From the NCBI GenBank assembly GCA_963731035.1, contig CAVSUY010000003.1, forward strand, positions 49,012 through 113,011: 64,000 nucleotides of DNA, read 5' to 3'. Positions 20,964 through 31,217 of this stretch are shown in pieces. This stretch comes from an uncultured Gammaproteobacteria bacterium (GTDB lineage Bacteria; Pseudomonadota; Gammaproteobacteria; Arenicellales; JAANXG01). The notes beneath the pieces are model-generated. The model worked only from the letters and a program-made list of their open reading frames with translations, ran no database searches and was not told the DNA's origin. How positions within the stretch are numbered: position 1 is the first letter of the stretch; every line of letters begins with the position of its first letter. Position numbers and translations under genes: made by a program.

Positions 20964-21035
20964 GTAGGTCGGGATTTTATCCCGACAAATGCGTGGGCGA
21001 CCCCGGCGCCGATGTCGGTATGAACGCCGATCTAC
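20964..21035. repeat. REP family B inverted doublet
   Basis: gtaggtcgggattttatcccgaca (20964-20987) faces a minus copy gtagatcggcgttcataccgaca (21035-21013), which contains the rapZ stop. Confidence 0.72.
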
Positions 21036-21901
21036 ATGTCCGGCGTATGCGGCATCTCGCGGTGACGCACCTGCACGTGAAACGGTTTGTCGGCGAAGTG
21101 AGCCGCGAGTCGGTCCGCTACGTACACCGAGCGGTGCTGACCGCCCGTGCAGCCGATCGCTACCGTGATATAGCTGCGGTTCTCGGATTGGAACGCCGGC
21201 AGCCAATATTCGACGAAGTCGCGTATCTGCCTGATCATCTCGCCCACGCGTTCCGATTTGCCGAGGAACTCCCGGACCGCCGGATCAAGGCCGGTCAGCG
21301 GTTTCAGGGATTCCTCCCAATGGGGGTTGGGCAGGCAGCGCACGTCGAAGACGAAATCCGCGTCCCGGGGAACGGAGTGCTTGTATCCAAATGACTCGAA
21401 CAGCAGGGTGAGCGACTCACCGATCTCGCGGCCCGCGAAATCCCTCACCAAGCCCCGCAGCTCCTGGGGTGTGGTGTCGCTGGTGTCGATTCGCCGGGCG
21501 GCGGCCATCGCCAGGGGCTCCAGCAGCTCTTTCTCCCGGCGGATGCCTTCGACCAGGGCGGTGCCCTGGTCTGTGAGGGGATGCTTGCGGCGGGTCTCGC
21601 TGAAGCGCTTGACCAGTATTTCCTCGTTGGCTTCGAGGAACAAGATCCTGCAGTCCAGTCCCAGGTGCTCCAACTCTTCGAGATTCGCAGGCAAGGCACG
21701 AAGGAACCGCCGGTTCCTCGAATCTATGCTGACGGCGCAATCCTTCAGCCCATCCTCCTGCTGGTTCATGAAGTCCTCGGCGAACCGCGACAGCAGGTTG
21801 GCAGGCAGGTTGTCGATGCAGTAACAGCCGAGGTCCTCCAATGCCTGCAACGCAATGGACTTGCCCGACCCGGAGAGCCCGCTGACGAGAAAAAAATTCA
21901 T
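21032..21901 (-). CDS. rapZ: RNase adapter RapZ
   Basis: GLSGSGKS, DNLP, RFSETRRKHPL, FDVRCLPNP and IGCTGGQHRSV motifs. Confidence 0.95.
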   Translation of the reverse strand: MNFFLVSGLSGSGKSIALQALEDLGCYCIDNLPANLLSRFAEDFMNQQEDGLKDCAVSIDSRNRRFLRALPANLEELEHLGLDCRILFLEANEEILVKRFSETRRKHPLTDQGTALVEGIRREKELLEPLAMAAARRIDTSDTTPQELRGLVRDFAGREIGESLTLLFESFGYKHSVPRDADFVFDVRCLPNPHWEESLKPLTGLDPAVREFLGKSERVGEMIRQIRDFVEYWLPAFQSENRSYITVAIGCTGGQHRSVYVADRLAAHFADKPFHVQVRHREMPHTPDM

Positions 21902-21937
21902 CCCATGACGAGATAATTACTCGAATCGACCGTGATT

Positions 21938-22402
21938 CTAACTGGTTTCCATTTCCTTCAGTGTGGAAAAGACCTCGTCTTTGTCTTTTGCCCGCAGCAG
22001 TCTGTCCCTGGTGCGGGCGTCACTGAGGAGTTCCGCGAGCTGCGCCAGTATCTGCAAATGGGTCTCGGTGGCGTCCTCGGGAACCAGGAGCCCCACCACG
22101 ATCTGCACGTCCTGGCGGTCCGGGGCCTGGTAATCCAGGGGTTCGGCGAGCACGGCGAAGGCGACTATGGCGTCGTCGATGTCGCCCAGTCGTCCGTGGG
22201 GAAGCGCCACGCCGTGGCCCACCCCCGTGCTGCCCAGCCGCTCGCGCTCGAGGAGAACCCGGAATATCGCCTGCTCGCTCACCGCGGTCTCCCGGGCGAG
22301 CATGGCGGCGATATGTTCCATCAGCCGTTTCTTGCTGGTGACCTGGCACCCGAGGTCGATTCTGGCAGGGCTGAGAAGATCAGCGATGCGTACTGACTGC
22401 AT
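21938..22402 (-). CDS. ptsN: PTS EIIA-Ntr
   Basis: RERLGSTGVGHGVALPHGR motif; synteny with rpoN. Confidence 0.9.
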   Translation of the reverse strand: MQSVRIADLLSPARIDLGCQVTSKKRLMEHIAAMLARETAVSEQAIFRVLLERERLGSTGVGHGVALPHGRLGDIDDAIVAFAVLAEPLDYQAPDRQDVQIVVGLLVPEDATETHLQILAQLAELLSDARTRDRLLRAKDKDEVFSTLKEMETS

Positions 22403-22508
22403 ATGGTCGTCTATCTAGTTATGTGGTCTATTGTAGCCGTACACTAAGGCCGCTGAACGCGGCCCGGTGACGCGGGGCATGCGTCAGACAGCCCCTTTCA
22501 GCAGCCGC

Positions 22509-22832
22509 TCAGGCGGGCTGATTCTTCGCCGCGCCCTCGTTTTTGTGATGGTTGGAGTTCTTTCCCTTCTGTTTTCTCACCTGGTTGTCCAGCTTGTCTA
22601 CCATGGCGTCGATAGCCGCGTACATGTCGTCGGCCTCCGCGTTGGCGTGCATGGTGGAGCCTTTCGTGCTTATGGTTACCTCGGCGCAGTGTCGCATCTT
22701 TTCCACGTGCAGCACCACATTCGAAGTTGAAACGTTGTCGAAATGCCGTTCTATGCGCTCCATTTTAGATTTGACATATTCCTTCAGGGCCGGAGTGACA
22801 TCCATGTGTTGTCCGCTGATGATGGTTTGCAT
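22509..22832 (-). CDS. hpf: Ribosome hibernation promoting factor
   Basis: ISGQHMDVTPALKEYV..DMYAAIDAMVDKLDNQ. Confidence 0.93.
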   Translation of the reverse strand: MQTIISGQHMDVTPALKEYVKSKMERIERHFDNVSTSNVVLHVEKMRHCAEVTISTKGSTMHANAEADDMYAAIDAMVDKLDNQVRKQKGKNSNHHKNEGAAKNQPA

Positions 22833-22861
22833 GTGACGACCTCGCTGGTCTCTGTGTGTAT

Positions 22862-24289
22862 TCACAAGGATTTCCGCCGACTGGACGGCGGAATATTCAA
22901 TCCTTCCCGGTACTTGGCGACTGTCCTGCGGGCGACATTGATCCCGTCCTGGTTGAGTAGCTGTGTAAGCTTGCTGTCGCTATAGGGCTTGTCCGACGGC
23001 TCCTCGTTTATCAGCTTGCGGATGCGCCACTGAATCGCCGTGGACGACGTGACGTCTCCGCTACTGGTGCTCAAACCCGCGGAGAAGAAGTACTTGAGCT
23101 CGAATACGCCCCGCGGCGTCAGCATGTACTTATTGGTAGTGGCGCGGGAAATGGTCGATTCGTGCAGGTCCAGAGCATTGGAGATGTCGTTGAGGACCAT
23201 GGGTTTCATCGCCGTCTCTCCCTGCTCCAGGAATTCCTGCTGCCGCTTGACGATCGCCGTCGCCACGCGGAGAAGGGTGTCATTCCGGTTTTCCAGGCTC
23301 TTCACGAACCAGCGCGCCTCCTGCAGCTGGTTCTGGATGTACTGGTGGTCCGTGGCGCGCCGGTCCTTCGCGATTTCGCTGTACAACTCGTTGACGCGAA
23401 TGCGCGGCAGCGCTTCCGGATTAAGCTCGATTCTCCACCCGTTGTGGTCCTGGCTCACGAGTATGTCGGGAATGACGTAGTCGGGGGTGCTGGATGCTAT
23501 CGACGTGCCGGGACGAGGGTTGAGCCCCTGAATCAGGTCGATGGCCTTTCGGATCTGGCTCTCGCTGCTGTTGGTGCGCTTTCTAAGCTGAGCGAGATCC
23601 CTCGTTCCGAGACACTCGAGGTGATCCTCGACGATACGCCGGGCCAGGCCCAGGCTCTCGGTCTTCGAGTCCAGCTGGTGCAGTTGGACACAGAGACATT
23701 CCTGCAGGCTGCGCGCACCGACGCCGACCGGGTCGTAGTTCTGAATCTGATGCAGCACCGCTTCGATCTCGTCGATATCGGCCTGGGCGTCGATGGATTG
23801 TCCGATCTCCTCCAGATCGCAGGTCAGATAGCCGTCGTCGTTGATGGAATCTATGATGGCGGCGGCGATTTCCTGGTCCGTTTGCGAGAACGGCGTCAGG
23901 CTCATCTGCTCGGTCAGATGGTCCTTGAGCGACGGCGGAGTGCTGTTGCGCTGGTCGATATCGAAGGCGGCAGCGTCATGGGACCGCGGCGCCGCATGCA
24001 GATACAAGGGCTCGGCTCCGTAGATCTCGCGCTCGTCCCCGTTGGCGTCGTATTCGTTGGCTTCGTACTCCGTACCGTTGGCATCGTCTGAATCCTTGGA
24101 TGCGGTCGCGGTGTCTTCGGCATCGCCGGGGAAATCATCATCCTCCTCCAGCAGCGGGTTTTGTTCCAAGACTTCCTGCATCTCTTGGCGGAGGTCCACG
24201 GAAGACAGCTGCAGCAGTCTGATGGCTTGCTGCAACTGCGGCGTCAACGCAAGCCTCTGCCCCAGTTTGAGCTCTAGGGACTGTCTCAT
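22862..24289 (-). CDS. rpoN: RNA polymerase sigma-54
   Basis: LTPQLQQAIRLLQL, HESTISRAT and the RpoN box ARRTVAKYRE. Confidence 0.97.
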   Translation of the reverse strand: MRQSLELKLGQRLALTPQLQQAIRLLQLSSVDLRQEMQEVLEQNPLLEEDDDFPGDAEDTATASKDSDDANGTEYEANEYDANGDEREIYGAEPLYLHAAPRSHDAAAFDIDQRNSTPPSLKDHLTEQMSLTPFSQTDQEIAAAIIDSINDDGYLTCDLEEIGQSIDAQADIDEIEAVLHQIQNYDPVGVGARSLQECLCVQLHQLDSKTESLGLARRIVEDHLECLGTRDLAQLRKRTNSSESQIRKAIDLIQGLNPRPGTSIASSTPDYVIPDILVSQDHNGWRIELNPEALPRIRVNELYSEIAKDRRATDHQYIQNQLQEARWFVKSLENRNDTLLRVATAIVKRQQEFLEQGETAMKPMVLNDISNALDLHESTISRATTNKYMLTPRGVFELKYFFSAGLSTSSGDVTSSTAIQWRIRKLINEEPSDKPYSDSKLTQLLNQDGINVARRTVAKYREGLNIPPSSRRKSL

Positions 24290-24407
24290 GAGTGGCCGTG
24301 TGTCATGAAATCGCCACGCCTGCAGTTACCTCGACGCAAAGCCCGGCTCCAAGTGGAAGTCAACGAAGAATGAACGCACCCTTTCCGTATTCATTCTAGC
24401 AGACAAA

Positions 24408-25133
24408 TCAGAGGCGAAAATTCTCTCCGAGATAGACCTGACGAACGTCCGGATTCACCACGATTTCCTGGGGCGTGCCTGACGCAAAAACGCGACCCTC
24501 TGTCAGGATGTAGGCACGATCGCATATTCCCAAGGTTTCCTGCACATTGTGATCGGTAATGAGGACGCCGATGCCCTGGTCTCGCAGGAAAGCGATAATG
24601 TTCTGGATATCGCCGACGGAAATGGGATCAATTCCGGCAAAGGGTTCATCCAGCAGGATGAAATGTGGATTGATGGATAGCGCACGCGCGATTTCGACCC
24701 GGCGTCGTTCCCCGCCGGACAGGCTGATGCCCAGCGACTTGCGCTTGTGCGAGATTCCGAACGCTTCCAGCAGCTCGGATACGCGGTGCCTGATTTCTTC
24801 GCGGTCCAGCTCGGGCTGCGCCTCCAGTACTGCGGTGATATTGTCCTCGACGCTGAGCCTGCGAAACACCGAAGGTTCCTGGGGAAGGTAGCCGATCCCG
24901 AGGCGGGCGCGCTCGTGCATCGGCAAGTCCGATATCCGGTAATCGTCCAGGTAGATTTCACCGCTGTCGCGGCGAATCAAGCCCACGATCATGTAGAAGC
25001 AGGTGGTTTTTCCGGCGCCGTTCGGCCCCAACAGGCCGACGACTTCGCTGCTGCTGACCTGCACGTTCACGTGATCGACCACCTGCAGACCCTTGTATTC
25101 CTTGCAAAGGTCCGTCGTCCCCAGAGTGCTCAT
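24408..25133 (-). CDS. lptB: LPS export ATPase LptB
   Basis: [27 protein letters not shown] and LITDHNV motifs. Confidence 0.96.
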   Translation of the reverse strand: MSTLGTTDLCKEYKGLQVVDHVNVQVSSSEVVGLLGPNGAGKTTCFYMIVGLIRRDSGEIYLDDYRISDLPMHERARLGIGYLPQEPSVFRRLSVEDNITAVLEAQPELDREEIRHRVSELLEAFGISHKRKSLGISLSGGERRRVEIARALSINPHFILLDEPFAGIDPISVGDIQNIIAFLRDQGIGVLITDHNVQETLGICDRAYILTEGRVFASGTPQEIVVNPDVRQVYLGENFRL

Positions 25134-25828
25134 TCCTTCTTCTTTTTGTGCTTCTTGGTTTTCTCGCCGGTCGCTTCCTTCGCTGCGCTGCCTCCGGACG
25201 AGGTTCCCGCGCCCGCAGCCGACGATCCATCGGTCCCCGAGCCGCCGCTGCCGGACGCACCGCCGGCACCCGGCTGGTCTTGCGGAAGGATGGTCACGTG
25301 GGCACGTTTGGGCTTCTTCTCCTCCTTCTGCGTCGTCGTCTTGTCCCCGCCTTCCGCCTTCTTTTGCTGACGCTCCGACTGCACGGTCATCTTATCGGTG
25401 TCCATGTGGTAGACGATCTGTTTGCCCTGGGCGGTGTTCCCGGCTTGTTTCATCAAGGCGTCCTCGATCAGGGTCAGGGTGTTTTTGGTCTCGTTCAGCA
25501 CGATGGTGTCCCCCTCGCCGTAAACGTCCGCGTCCTTGCCATCCGGGCGCTGCTTGAAGGTAGCCGGCGTGCCCCAGGAAGTGGCGGTCTGAATTTCCTG
25601 GCCGGAGTCGTCGTACTGCACCACGATCTTGTCACCTGTGATTTTCAAGGTGCCCTGAACCACCACCACGTTGCCCTTGTAGGTCCTCGTGCCGGTGCGA
25701 AAGTCGAACTCCACCTCGTCGGCGTCGATGGTGGCCGGCTTGCTGCGGTCTGACGTGAGCGCGTTCACGGGCAGTGCGTTCAGCCCCAGATACAGAGCCA
25801 CGGCGAGCATCGAGAACCGCATGTACAT
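25130..25828 (-). CDS. lptA: LPS transport periplasmic protein LptA, with an unusual C-terminal tail
   Basis: Signal peptide, [34 protein letters not shown]; lies between lptC and lptB. Confidence 0.88.
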   Translation of the reverse strand: MYMRFSMLAVALYLGLNALPVNALTSDRSKPATIDADEVEFDFRTGTRTYKGNVVVVQGTLKITGDKIVVQYDDSGQEIQTATSWGTPATFKQRPDGKDADVYGEGDTIVLNETKNTLTLIEDALMKQAGNTAQGKQIVYHMDTDKMTVQSERQQKKAEGGDKTTTQKEEKKPKRAHVTILPQDQPGAGGASGSGGSGTDGSSAAGAGTSSGGSAAKEATGEKTKKHKKKKE

Positions 25829-25829
25829 T

Positions 25830-26303
25830 TCACGAAGTACCATTTTTCTTTTCACGATCGAGAAAGATGCGCAGCTTGTCCGTGGTTAGCACGCCGCCAC
25901 CATTGTTCTCGGCGGTGCTGCCCGCCGGCGCCTGCCCCTGGATGACGCGCACGTTGCCGGTAAGAAGTATCTCGTTGCCATTGGACGACATCCAGCCGGA
26001 CTCCGAATAGGTGTGGCGCGGCGCCACGCCGGGCTTGTACTGAATGATGTGCGGGGTGTCCAGCAGGGCGGTATCGTCGTCCGGGTAGTGCACCATGCGT
26101 TCGGCCTCGATGATGTACTTGCGCCGGCCCTCCTTGTCCATGCCGACGGCGGTGAAGTTTTCCATGTAGTAGTCCGGATCATGGCGCTCGTTTCCAGTGA
26201 ACTTCTTCACCGGTTGCTCGATGAAACCGAACTGTAGCCACACGCTGAGCAGACCCAGGCACGCGAACACGCTGATGTAGATGATCTTTTCGAGAAACTT
26301 CAT
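25830..26303 (-). CDS. lptC: LPS export protein LptC (short)
   Basis: N-terminal TM helix, PDYYMENF..AERMVHYPDDD..LTGNVRV; synteny. Confidence 0.85.
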   Translation of the reverse strand: MKFLEKIIYISVFACLGLLSVWLQFGFIEQPVKKFTGNERHDPDYYMENFTAVGMDKEGRRKYIIEAERMVHYPDDDTALLDTPHIIQYKPGVAPRHTYSESGWMSSNGNEILLTGNVRVIQGQAPAGSTAENNGGGVLTTDKLRIFLDREKKNGTS

Positions 26304-26872
26304 GGCGTCATCGAAAACTTCATGTGCTGGTCGATGATATCGTCAAACTTCCGTTGTGCATACAGGACCGCGTCGCACACTTCGCGCGCCGCGCCGCGGC
26401 CGCCGGCCGACGGGGTGACCCAATGGGCGACATGGCGTACGGCATGGTGGGCGTCGGCCACGGCAATGCCGAGGCCACACCGCAACATGACCGGGATGTC
26501 GACCAGATCGTCGCCGACGTAGCAGCATCGCGCCTGGTCCAGCCCACATCTGCCCGCCAGCGAATGAAACGCCCGGACCTTGTCCTCTACACCGGTCTCC
26601 AGGTAGCGGATACCGAGTTCCCCGGCGCGGGCGGTCAACGCGGGTGAGCTGCGGGCGCTGATGACGGCGACCTCGAGGCCGGACTCACGCAACAGCTTGA
26701 TGCCCTGGCCGTCGCGCACATGAAATTGTTTGTATTCCTCTCCGCCGGGTCCGTAGACCAACGAGCCGTCCGTGAGGACGCCGTCAACGTCGAAGATGAC
26801 GAGCGATACCGCTTTCGCCTTGTCGGCGACGTCGTCGGGAATGGCGAAAGGCAGCGGCCATACGCCGGACAT
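26300..26872 (-). CDS. kdsC: KDO-8-phosphate phosphatase
   Basis: FDVDGVLTDG, YVGDDLVD and GGRGAARE motifs. Confidence 0.93.
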   Translation of the reverse strand: MSGVWPLPFAIPDDVADKAKAVSLVIFDVDGVLTDGSLVYGPGGEEYKQFHVRDGQGIKLLRESGLEVAVISARSSPALTARAGELGIRYLETGVEDKVRAFHSLAGRCGLDQARCCYVGDDLVDIPVMLRCGLGIAVADAHHAVRHVAHWVTPSAGGRGAAREVCDAVLYAQRKFDDIIDQHMKFSMTP

Positions 26873-27873
26873 CAAACAACGCCCGCCCGCAGCAGGTCGT
26901 GCATATTCAAGGCGCCCTCGACGCGCCGGTCGGTGGATACGACGAATATGCCGTTGATCGACCTCGTTCTCATCAAGGTCACCACTTCGGCAGCCAGCAT
27001 ATCGCCGTTGACGGTGACTGGATCGCCGGTCATGACATCGTGAATCGGACAGCGATTCAGGTCGACCGGGATATTGAGAGCCCGGCGCAGGTCGCCGTCG
27101 GTGAATACCCCCACCAGGCGCCCCCCTGCGTCGACGACCCCGGTCATTCCCAGGTGCTTGCTGCTCATCTCCAGCAACGCGTCACGGACCACGGCGTCCT
27201 CGCGGACCAGCGGAATGTCGGTGCCACCGTGCATGATGTCCCTCACGTACAGCAGCAGGCGACGGCCCAGCACGCCGCCGGGATGCGAACGTGCGTAGTC
27301 TTCGGCCGTGAGTCCACGCGACTGGAATATCGCTACTGCCAAGGCGTCGCCCATGGCCAGGGTCGCAGTGGTGCTGGTGGTTGGCGCCAGATTCAGGGGG
27401 CAGGCTTCCTTGCTCACGCTCACGTCGAGAAGAACGTCGGACTGCCTGGCCAGCGTCGATGCGGGACTCCCGCACAGGGCCACCAGCTTCACCCCCATCC
27501 GCTTGATGATTGGCAGTATCGTCAGGATCTCCGGCGTCTCGCCGGAATTGGACGCGGCAATGACCAGGTCCGCGGGGGTAATCATGCCGAGATCGCCGTG
27601 GCTGGCCTCGCCGGGATGCACGAAAAACGCCGGGGTTCCGGTGCTGGCGAGGGTGGAAGCCACCTTTCCCGCAATGTGCCCGGACTTCCCGATTCCCACC
27701 ACCACGACGCGGCCGCGGCAGGTGAGAATCAACCGGCAGGCGCGCTCGAAGCTCCCGTCTATGCGGTCCGCCAGTGCGGCCACCGCCTGAGACTCCGCCA
27801 TCACCACCGCGCGGCCGGTCTCTATCAGGGGAGAGGCGGTGACGCTGCCGGGTTTCGAGGATGTGGCGCTCAT
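26872..27873 (-). CDS. kdsD: Arabinose-5-phosphate isomerase
   Basis: GIGKSGHIAGK, HPGEASHGDLG, EACPLNLAPT motifs and CBS domains. Confidence 0.95.
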   Translation of the reverse strand: MSATSSKPGSVTASPLIETGRAVVMAESQAVAALADRIDGSFERACRLILTCRGRVVVVGIGKSGHIAGKVASTLASTGTPAFFVHPGEASHGDLGMITPADLVIAASNSGETPEILTILPIIKRMGVKLVALCGSPASTLARQSDVLLDVSVSKEACPLNLAPTTSTTATLAMGDALAVAIFQSRGLTAEDYARSHPGGVLGRRLLLYVRDIMHGGTDIPLVREDAVVRDALLEMSSKHLGMTGVVDAGGRLVGVFTDGDLRRALNIPVDLNRCPIHDVMTGDPVTVNGDMLAAEVVTLMRTRSINGIFVVSTDRRVEGALNMHDLLRAGVV

Positions 27874-28042
27874 CGGGGGCGAGTATAGCTCAGTGTACCC
27901 CGTCACCAATATTGACCCATACAGAGCGCGCCTGAGTCGGCAACACAAGGCGCGCTCCCTGCGGGCTTCCCGGAAACGGGTCAATGCTAGTGGCGGGGTG
28001 CACCAGCACCGCTGCCGGGGAAGCGGTGCGGCCGGCAGGCCC

Positions 28043-29014
28043 TCAGGCCGGTGCCGAGAGCGCGAGGAAGGCGAGGTAGGCCGCGTAGAGGCAAAGAAAT
28101 ATCGCGCCGTGTACGCGGTTAATGCTTCTGCGGCTCCAGGCCAGCACCGCGAACACCATGTAAATCCCTATCATGACCGGCCAGTCCCGGTATACCGCCG
28201 CCGCATCCACAGTGGACGGATCGATCGTGCCGGCGACCCCCACGACCCCCAACATGTTGAAGGTATTGGAGCCCAGGATATTGCCGATGGCGATATCGGG
28301 TTCATTCTTGCGGGCGCTGGCCAGGGCCGCAGCTGCTTCCGGGAGGCTGGTTCCCACGGCGACCACGGTCAGACCGATCACGAGATCGCTGACGTGGAAC
28401 GCCTCGGCGATACGCACCGCCCCTTCCACCAGCACCCTCGAGCTGAGCAGGAGGACCACCAGCCCGACGATCGTCCAAACCAGCGCGCGGCCGATCGATT
28501 GCCCGGCCGGAATGGCCTGCTCCAGCTCTATGCTGTACCGGTCCCAGCGCCCTCTGTGCCCGCGGAAGACCAGTGCGGTGAGGAACAAGGCCAGGAAACA
28601 GATCAGCAGCAGCCCTTCCACCCGGCTGATCTCGAGGTCATACAGGACAACACCTGTCACCAGCATCGCTACCAGGCACAGAGGAATCTCCTGCCGCAGG
28701 ATCCGCGAATGGATGGTTAGCGGTGCCGCCAGGGCGGCCAATCCGAGCACCAGCGCCACGTTGGCGATGTTCGATCCCAGGGCGTTGCCCACTGCCAGGC
28801 CGGAGTCGCCCTGCCAGGCGGCGTTGGCGGAAACCAGCAGCTCGGGCGCGGAGGTGCCGAAGCCCACGATCACGATGCCCACCATCAGCACGGAGACCCC
28901 CAGCGACCGCGCCAGGGCCGTCGATCCCGCGACGAATCGGTCGGCGCTCCACGCCAGGCCGATGAAACCCGCTATGACGTATATAGAAGGTATGGCGAGG
29001 GAACCGTTCAGCAC
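28043..29014 (-). CDS. yrbG: Calcium/sodium antiporter (YrbG family)
   Basis: Alpha repeats GTSAPE..GNALGSN and GTSLPE..GNILGSN. Confidence 0.9.
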   Translation of the reverse strand: MLNGSLAIPSIYVIAGFIGLAWSADRFVAGSTALARSLGVSVLMVGIVIVGFGTSAPELLVSANAAWQGDSGLAVGNALGSNIANVALVLGLAALAAPLTIHSRILRQEIPLCLVAMLVTGVVLYDLEISRVEGLLLICFLALFLTALVFRGHRGRWDRYSIELEQAIPAGQSIGRALVWTIVGLVVLLLSSRVLVEGAVRIAEAFHVSDLVIGLTVVAVGTSLPEAAAALASARKNEPDIAIGNILGSNTFNMLGVVGVAGTIDPSTVDAAAVYRDWPVMIGIYMVFAVLAWSRRSINRVHGAIFLCLYAAYLAFLALSAPA

Positions 29015-29165
29015 GTGTTCAGTCCCGGCCGTCTAGAGTGCATCATCGTGAGCAACCATAGAAAAATCCACCAATCAGCCACCATTTCCTGCACCCGGAC
29101 CGGCGGCGCTTTGATAGAATCGCGGCTCTTTTGCGGCAGCGACTGCCGATCCTCCCGGATCATCC

Positions 29166-29969
29166 ATGACCGAACCCCTGCTTGAAATCAAAGACGTCCA
29201 CTTTTCCTTCGGTGAGAACGAGATATACCGGGGACTGAATCTGCAGGTCCGCAGGGGCCAGGTGGCGGCCATTATCGGCCCCAGCGGCTGCGGGAAATCC
29301 ACTTTGTTGAACTTTGTAGGTGGAAGATTGTATCCGAATTCGGGGTCGGTGATGTGCGACGGTGTCGAGGTTTCCAAGCTGCGGCGCAAGGCTCTGTTCG
29401 AGTTCCGCCGCAAGCTCGGCATGATGTTCCAAACCAGTGCCCTGCTAACCGATTTCTCCGTGTTCGGCAACGTGGCTTTCCCGATCAGGCAGAACACTGA
29501 TTTGTCCGAGGTGCTGATCCGGCACTTGGTATTGATGAAGCTGGAGATGGTGGGGCTGCGAGGTGCACGGGACCTGATGCCGGCGGAACTTTCCGGCGGC
29601 ATGGCTCGCCGCGTCGCCCTGGCGCGGGCCATCGCCATGGATCCTATGTTGGTGATGTACGATGAACCGTTTACGGGTCTGGATCCCATCTCCATGGGCG
29701 TCATCGTCAAGCTCATTCGCGAGGTGAACGATACTTTGGGGATGACCTCCCTGGTGGTGACTCACGACGTGCGCGAGGCTTGCACCATCGCTGACTACAT
29801 GTACCTGCTCGGCAATGGCAAGGTCATTGGCGAGGGTACTCCCGACGAGATGTTAAAGTCCGACATTCCAGAAGTGCGTCAGTTCATGAACGGACTTCCG
29901 GACGGTCCGGTTCGGTATCAGTACCCGGCCCCCGACTACGCGGACGACTTCATGGCGGGCCGGGCATGA
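29166..29969 (+). CDS. mlaF: Mla ABC ATPase
   Basis: [23 protein letters not shown] and [10 protein letters not shown] motifs. Confidence 0.94.
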   Translation: MTEPLLEIKDVHFSFGENEIYRGLNLQVRRGQVAAIIGPSGCGKSTLLNFVGGRLYPNSGSVMCDGVEVSKLRRKALFEFRRKLGMMFQTSALLTDFSVFGNVAFPIRQNTDLSEVLIRHLVLMKLEMVGLRGARDLMPAELSGGMARRVALARAIAMDPMLVMYDEPFTGLDPISMGVIVKLIREVNDTLGMTSLVVTHDVREACTIADYMYLLGNGKVIGEGTPDEMLKSDIPEVRQFMNGLPDGPVRYQYPAPDYADDFMAGRA

Positions 29970-30739
29970 ACTCTATCCAGCAGCTCGGCGCCTGGACCCT
30001 GGCCAGTGTCTCGCGCTGGGGCCGAGCGGCCATATTCCTGGGACAGGCCCTGGCCAGCTGTGCCTGGACACTGCGCCGGATCAGCTTGCTCGTGCACCAG
30101 ATGTTCTCCGTGGGAGTCCTGACCCTGATGATCATCGTGGTGGCCGGACTGTTCGTTGGCATGGTCCTGGGATTGCAGGGATACAATACCCTGGTCGACT
30201 TCGGCGCTGAGACCTCGCTGGGGCTGGTGGTGGCTCTGTCCCTGACCAGGGAGTTGGGCCCGGTGTTGACGGCACTGCTGTTCGCCGGCCGGGCCGGCTC
30301 CGCACTGACGGCGGAAATCGGCCTGATGAAGGCCACCGAGCAGCTGGCCGCCATGGAAATGATGGCGGTGGACCCGATCAAACGCGTGGTGGCGCCGCGC
30401 TTCCTGGCCGGGGTCATCGCCATGCCCCTGCTGACCGCGATGTTCACCACCGTCGGTATCTACGGCGGCTACCTGGTGGGGGTTTCGCTGCTGGGCGTGG
30501 ATAGTGGAACCTACTGGTCCGCCATCCAGGGCGGCGTGGACCTATACTCCGACATATTGAACGGCGTGATCAAGAGCCTGGTATTCGGCTTCGTGGTTAC
30601 CTGGATCGCCGTTTTCGAGGGGTACGACGCCAACCCCACATCCGAAGGCGTCAGCCGGGCGACGACGCGAACCGTTGTTAATGCGTCGCTGTGCGTCCTG
30701 GCCCTTGACTTTATTTTGACATCACTAATGTTCGACTGA
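29966..30739 (+). CDS. mlaE: Mla permease
   Basis: [32 protein letters not shown]. Confidence 0.95.
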   Translation: MNSIQQLGAWTLASVSRWGRAAIFLGQALASCAWTLRRISLLVHQMFSVGVLTLMIIVVAGLFVGMVLGLQGYNTLVDFGAETSLGLVVALSLTRELGPVLTALLFAGRAGSALTAEIGLMKATEQLAAMEMMAVDPIKRVVAPRFLAGVIAMPLLTAMFTTVGIYGGYLVGVSLLGVDSGTYWSAIQGGVDLYSDILNGVIKSLVFGFVVTWIAVFEGYDANPTSEGVSRATTRTVVNASLCVLALDFILTSLMFD

Positions 30740-30746
30740 TGCGCTC

Positions 30747-31217
30747 ATGAAAAACAAAGGCATACTTGAATTCTGGGTTGGAATATTCGTGCTCGCGGGC
30801 GTTGCGGCGCTGGGCTTTCTGGCTTTCAAGGTCGGCAGCTTCTCGGCCGGCGAATTCACCGATACCTACACGGTTACCGCGAAGTTCGGAAACGTCGGCG
30901 GCTTGACCACCAAGGCGCCGGTTAATATGGCCGGAGTTCACGTAGGCAGGGTATCCGCGATCAGCATCGATCCCAAGACCTACAATGCCGTGGTCAAGAT
31001 GAGCATCAACAGCAAGTATGACAACCTGCCGACGGACACCAGTGCCTCCATACTGACCCAGGGACTGCTGGGCGCCCAGTTCGTGGGGCTGGAACCCGGT
31101 GGCGACGACCAATACTTGAAGGATGGAGATGAGATTACATTGACCCAGTCCGCTGTGGTGCTTGAGCAACTGATCAGCCAGATGTTGTTCAGCAAAGCGG
31201 GAGGAGAGAGCCAATGA
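30747..31217 (+). CDS. mlaD: MCE protein MlaD
   Basis: FGNVGGL..APV..GV.VG.V, ILTQGLLG and TQSAVVLEQLI motifs. Confidence 0.94.
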   Translation: MKNKGILEFWVGIFVLAGVAALGFLAFKVGSFSAGEFTDTYTVTAKFGNVGGLTTKAPVNMAGVHVGRVSAISIDPKTYNAVVKMSINSKYDNLPTDTSASILTQGLLGAQFVGLEPGGDDQYLKDGDEITLTQSAVVLEQLISQMLFSKAGGESQ

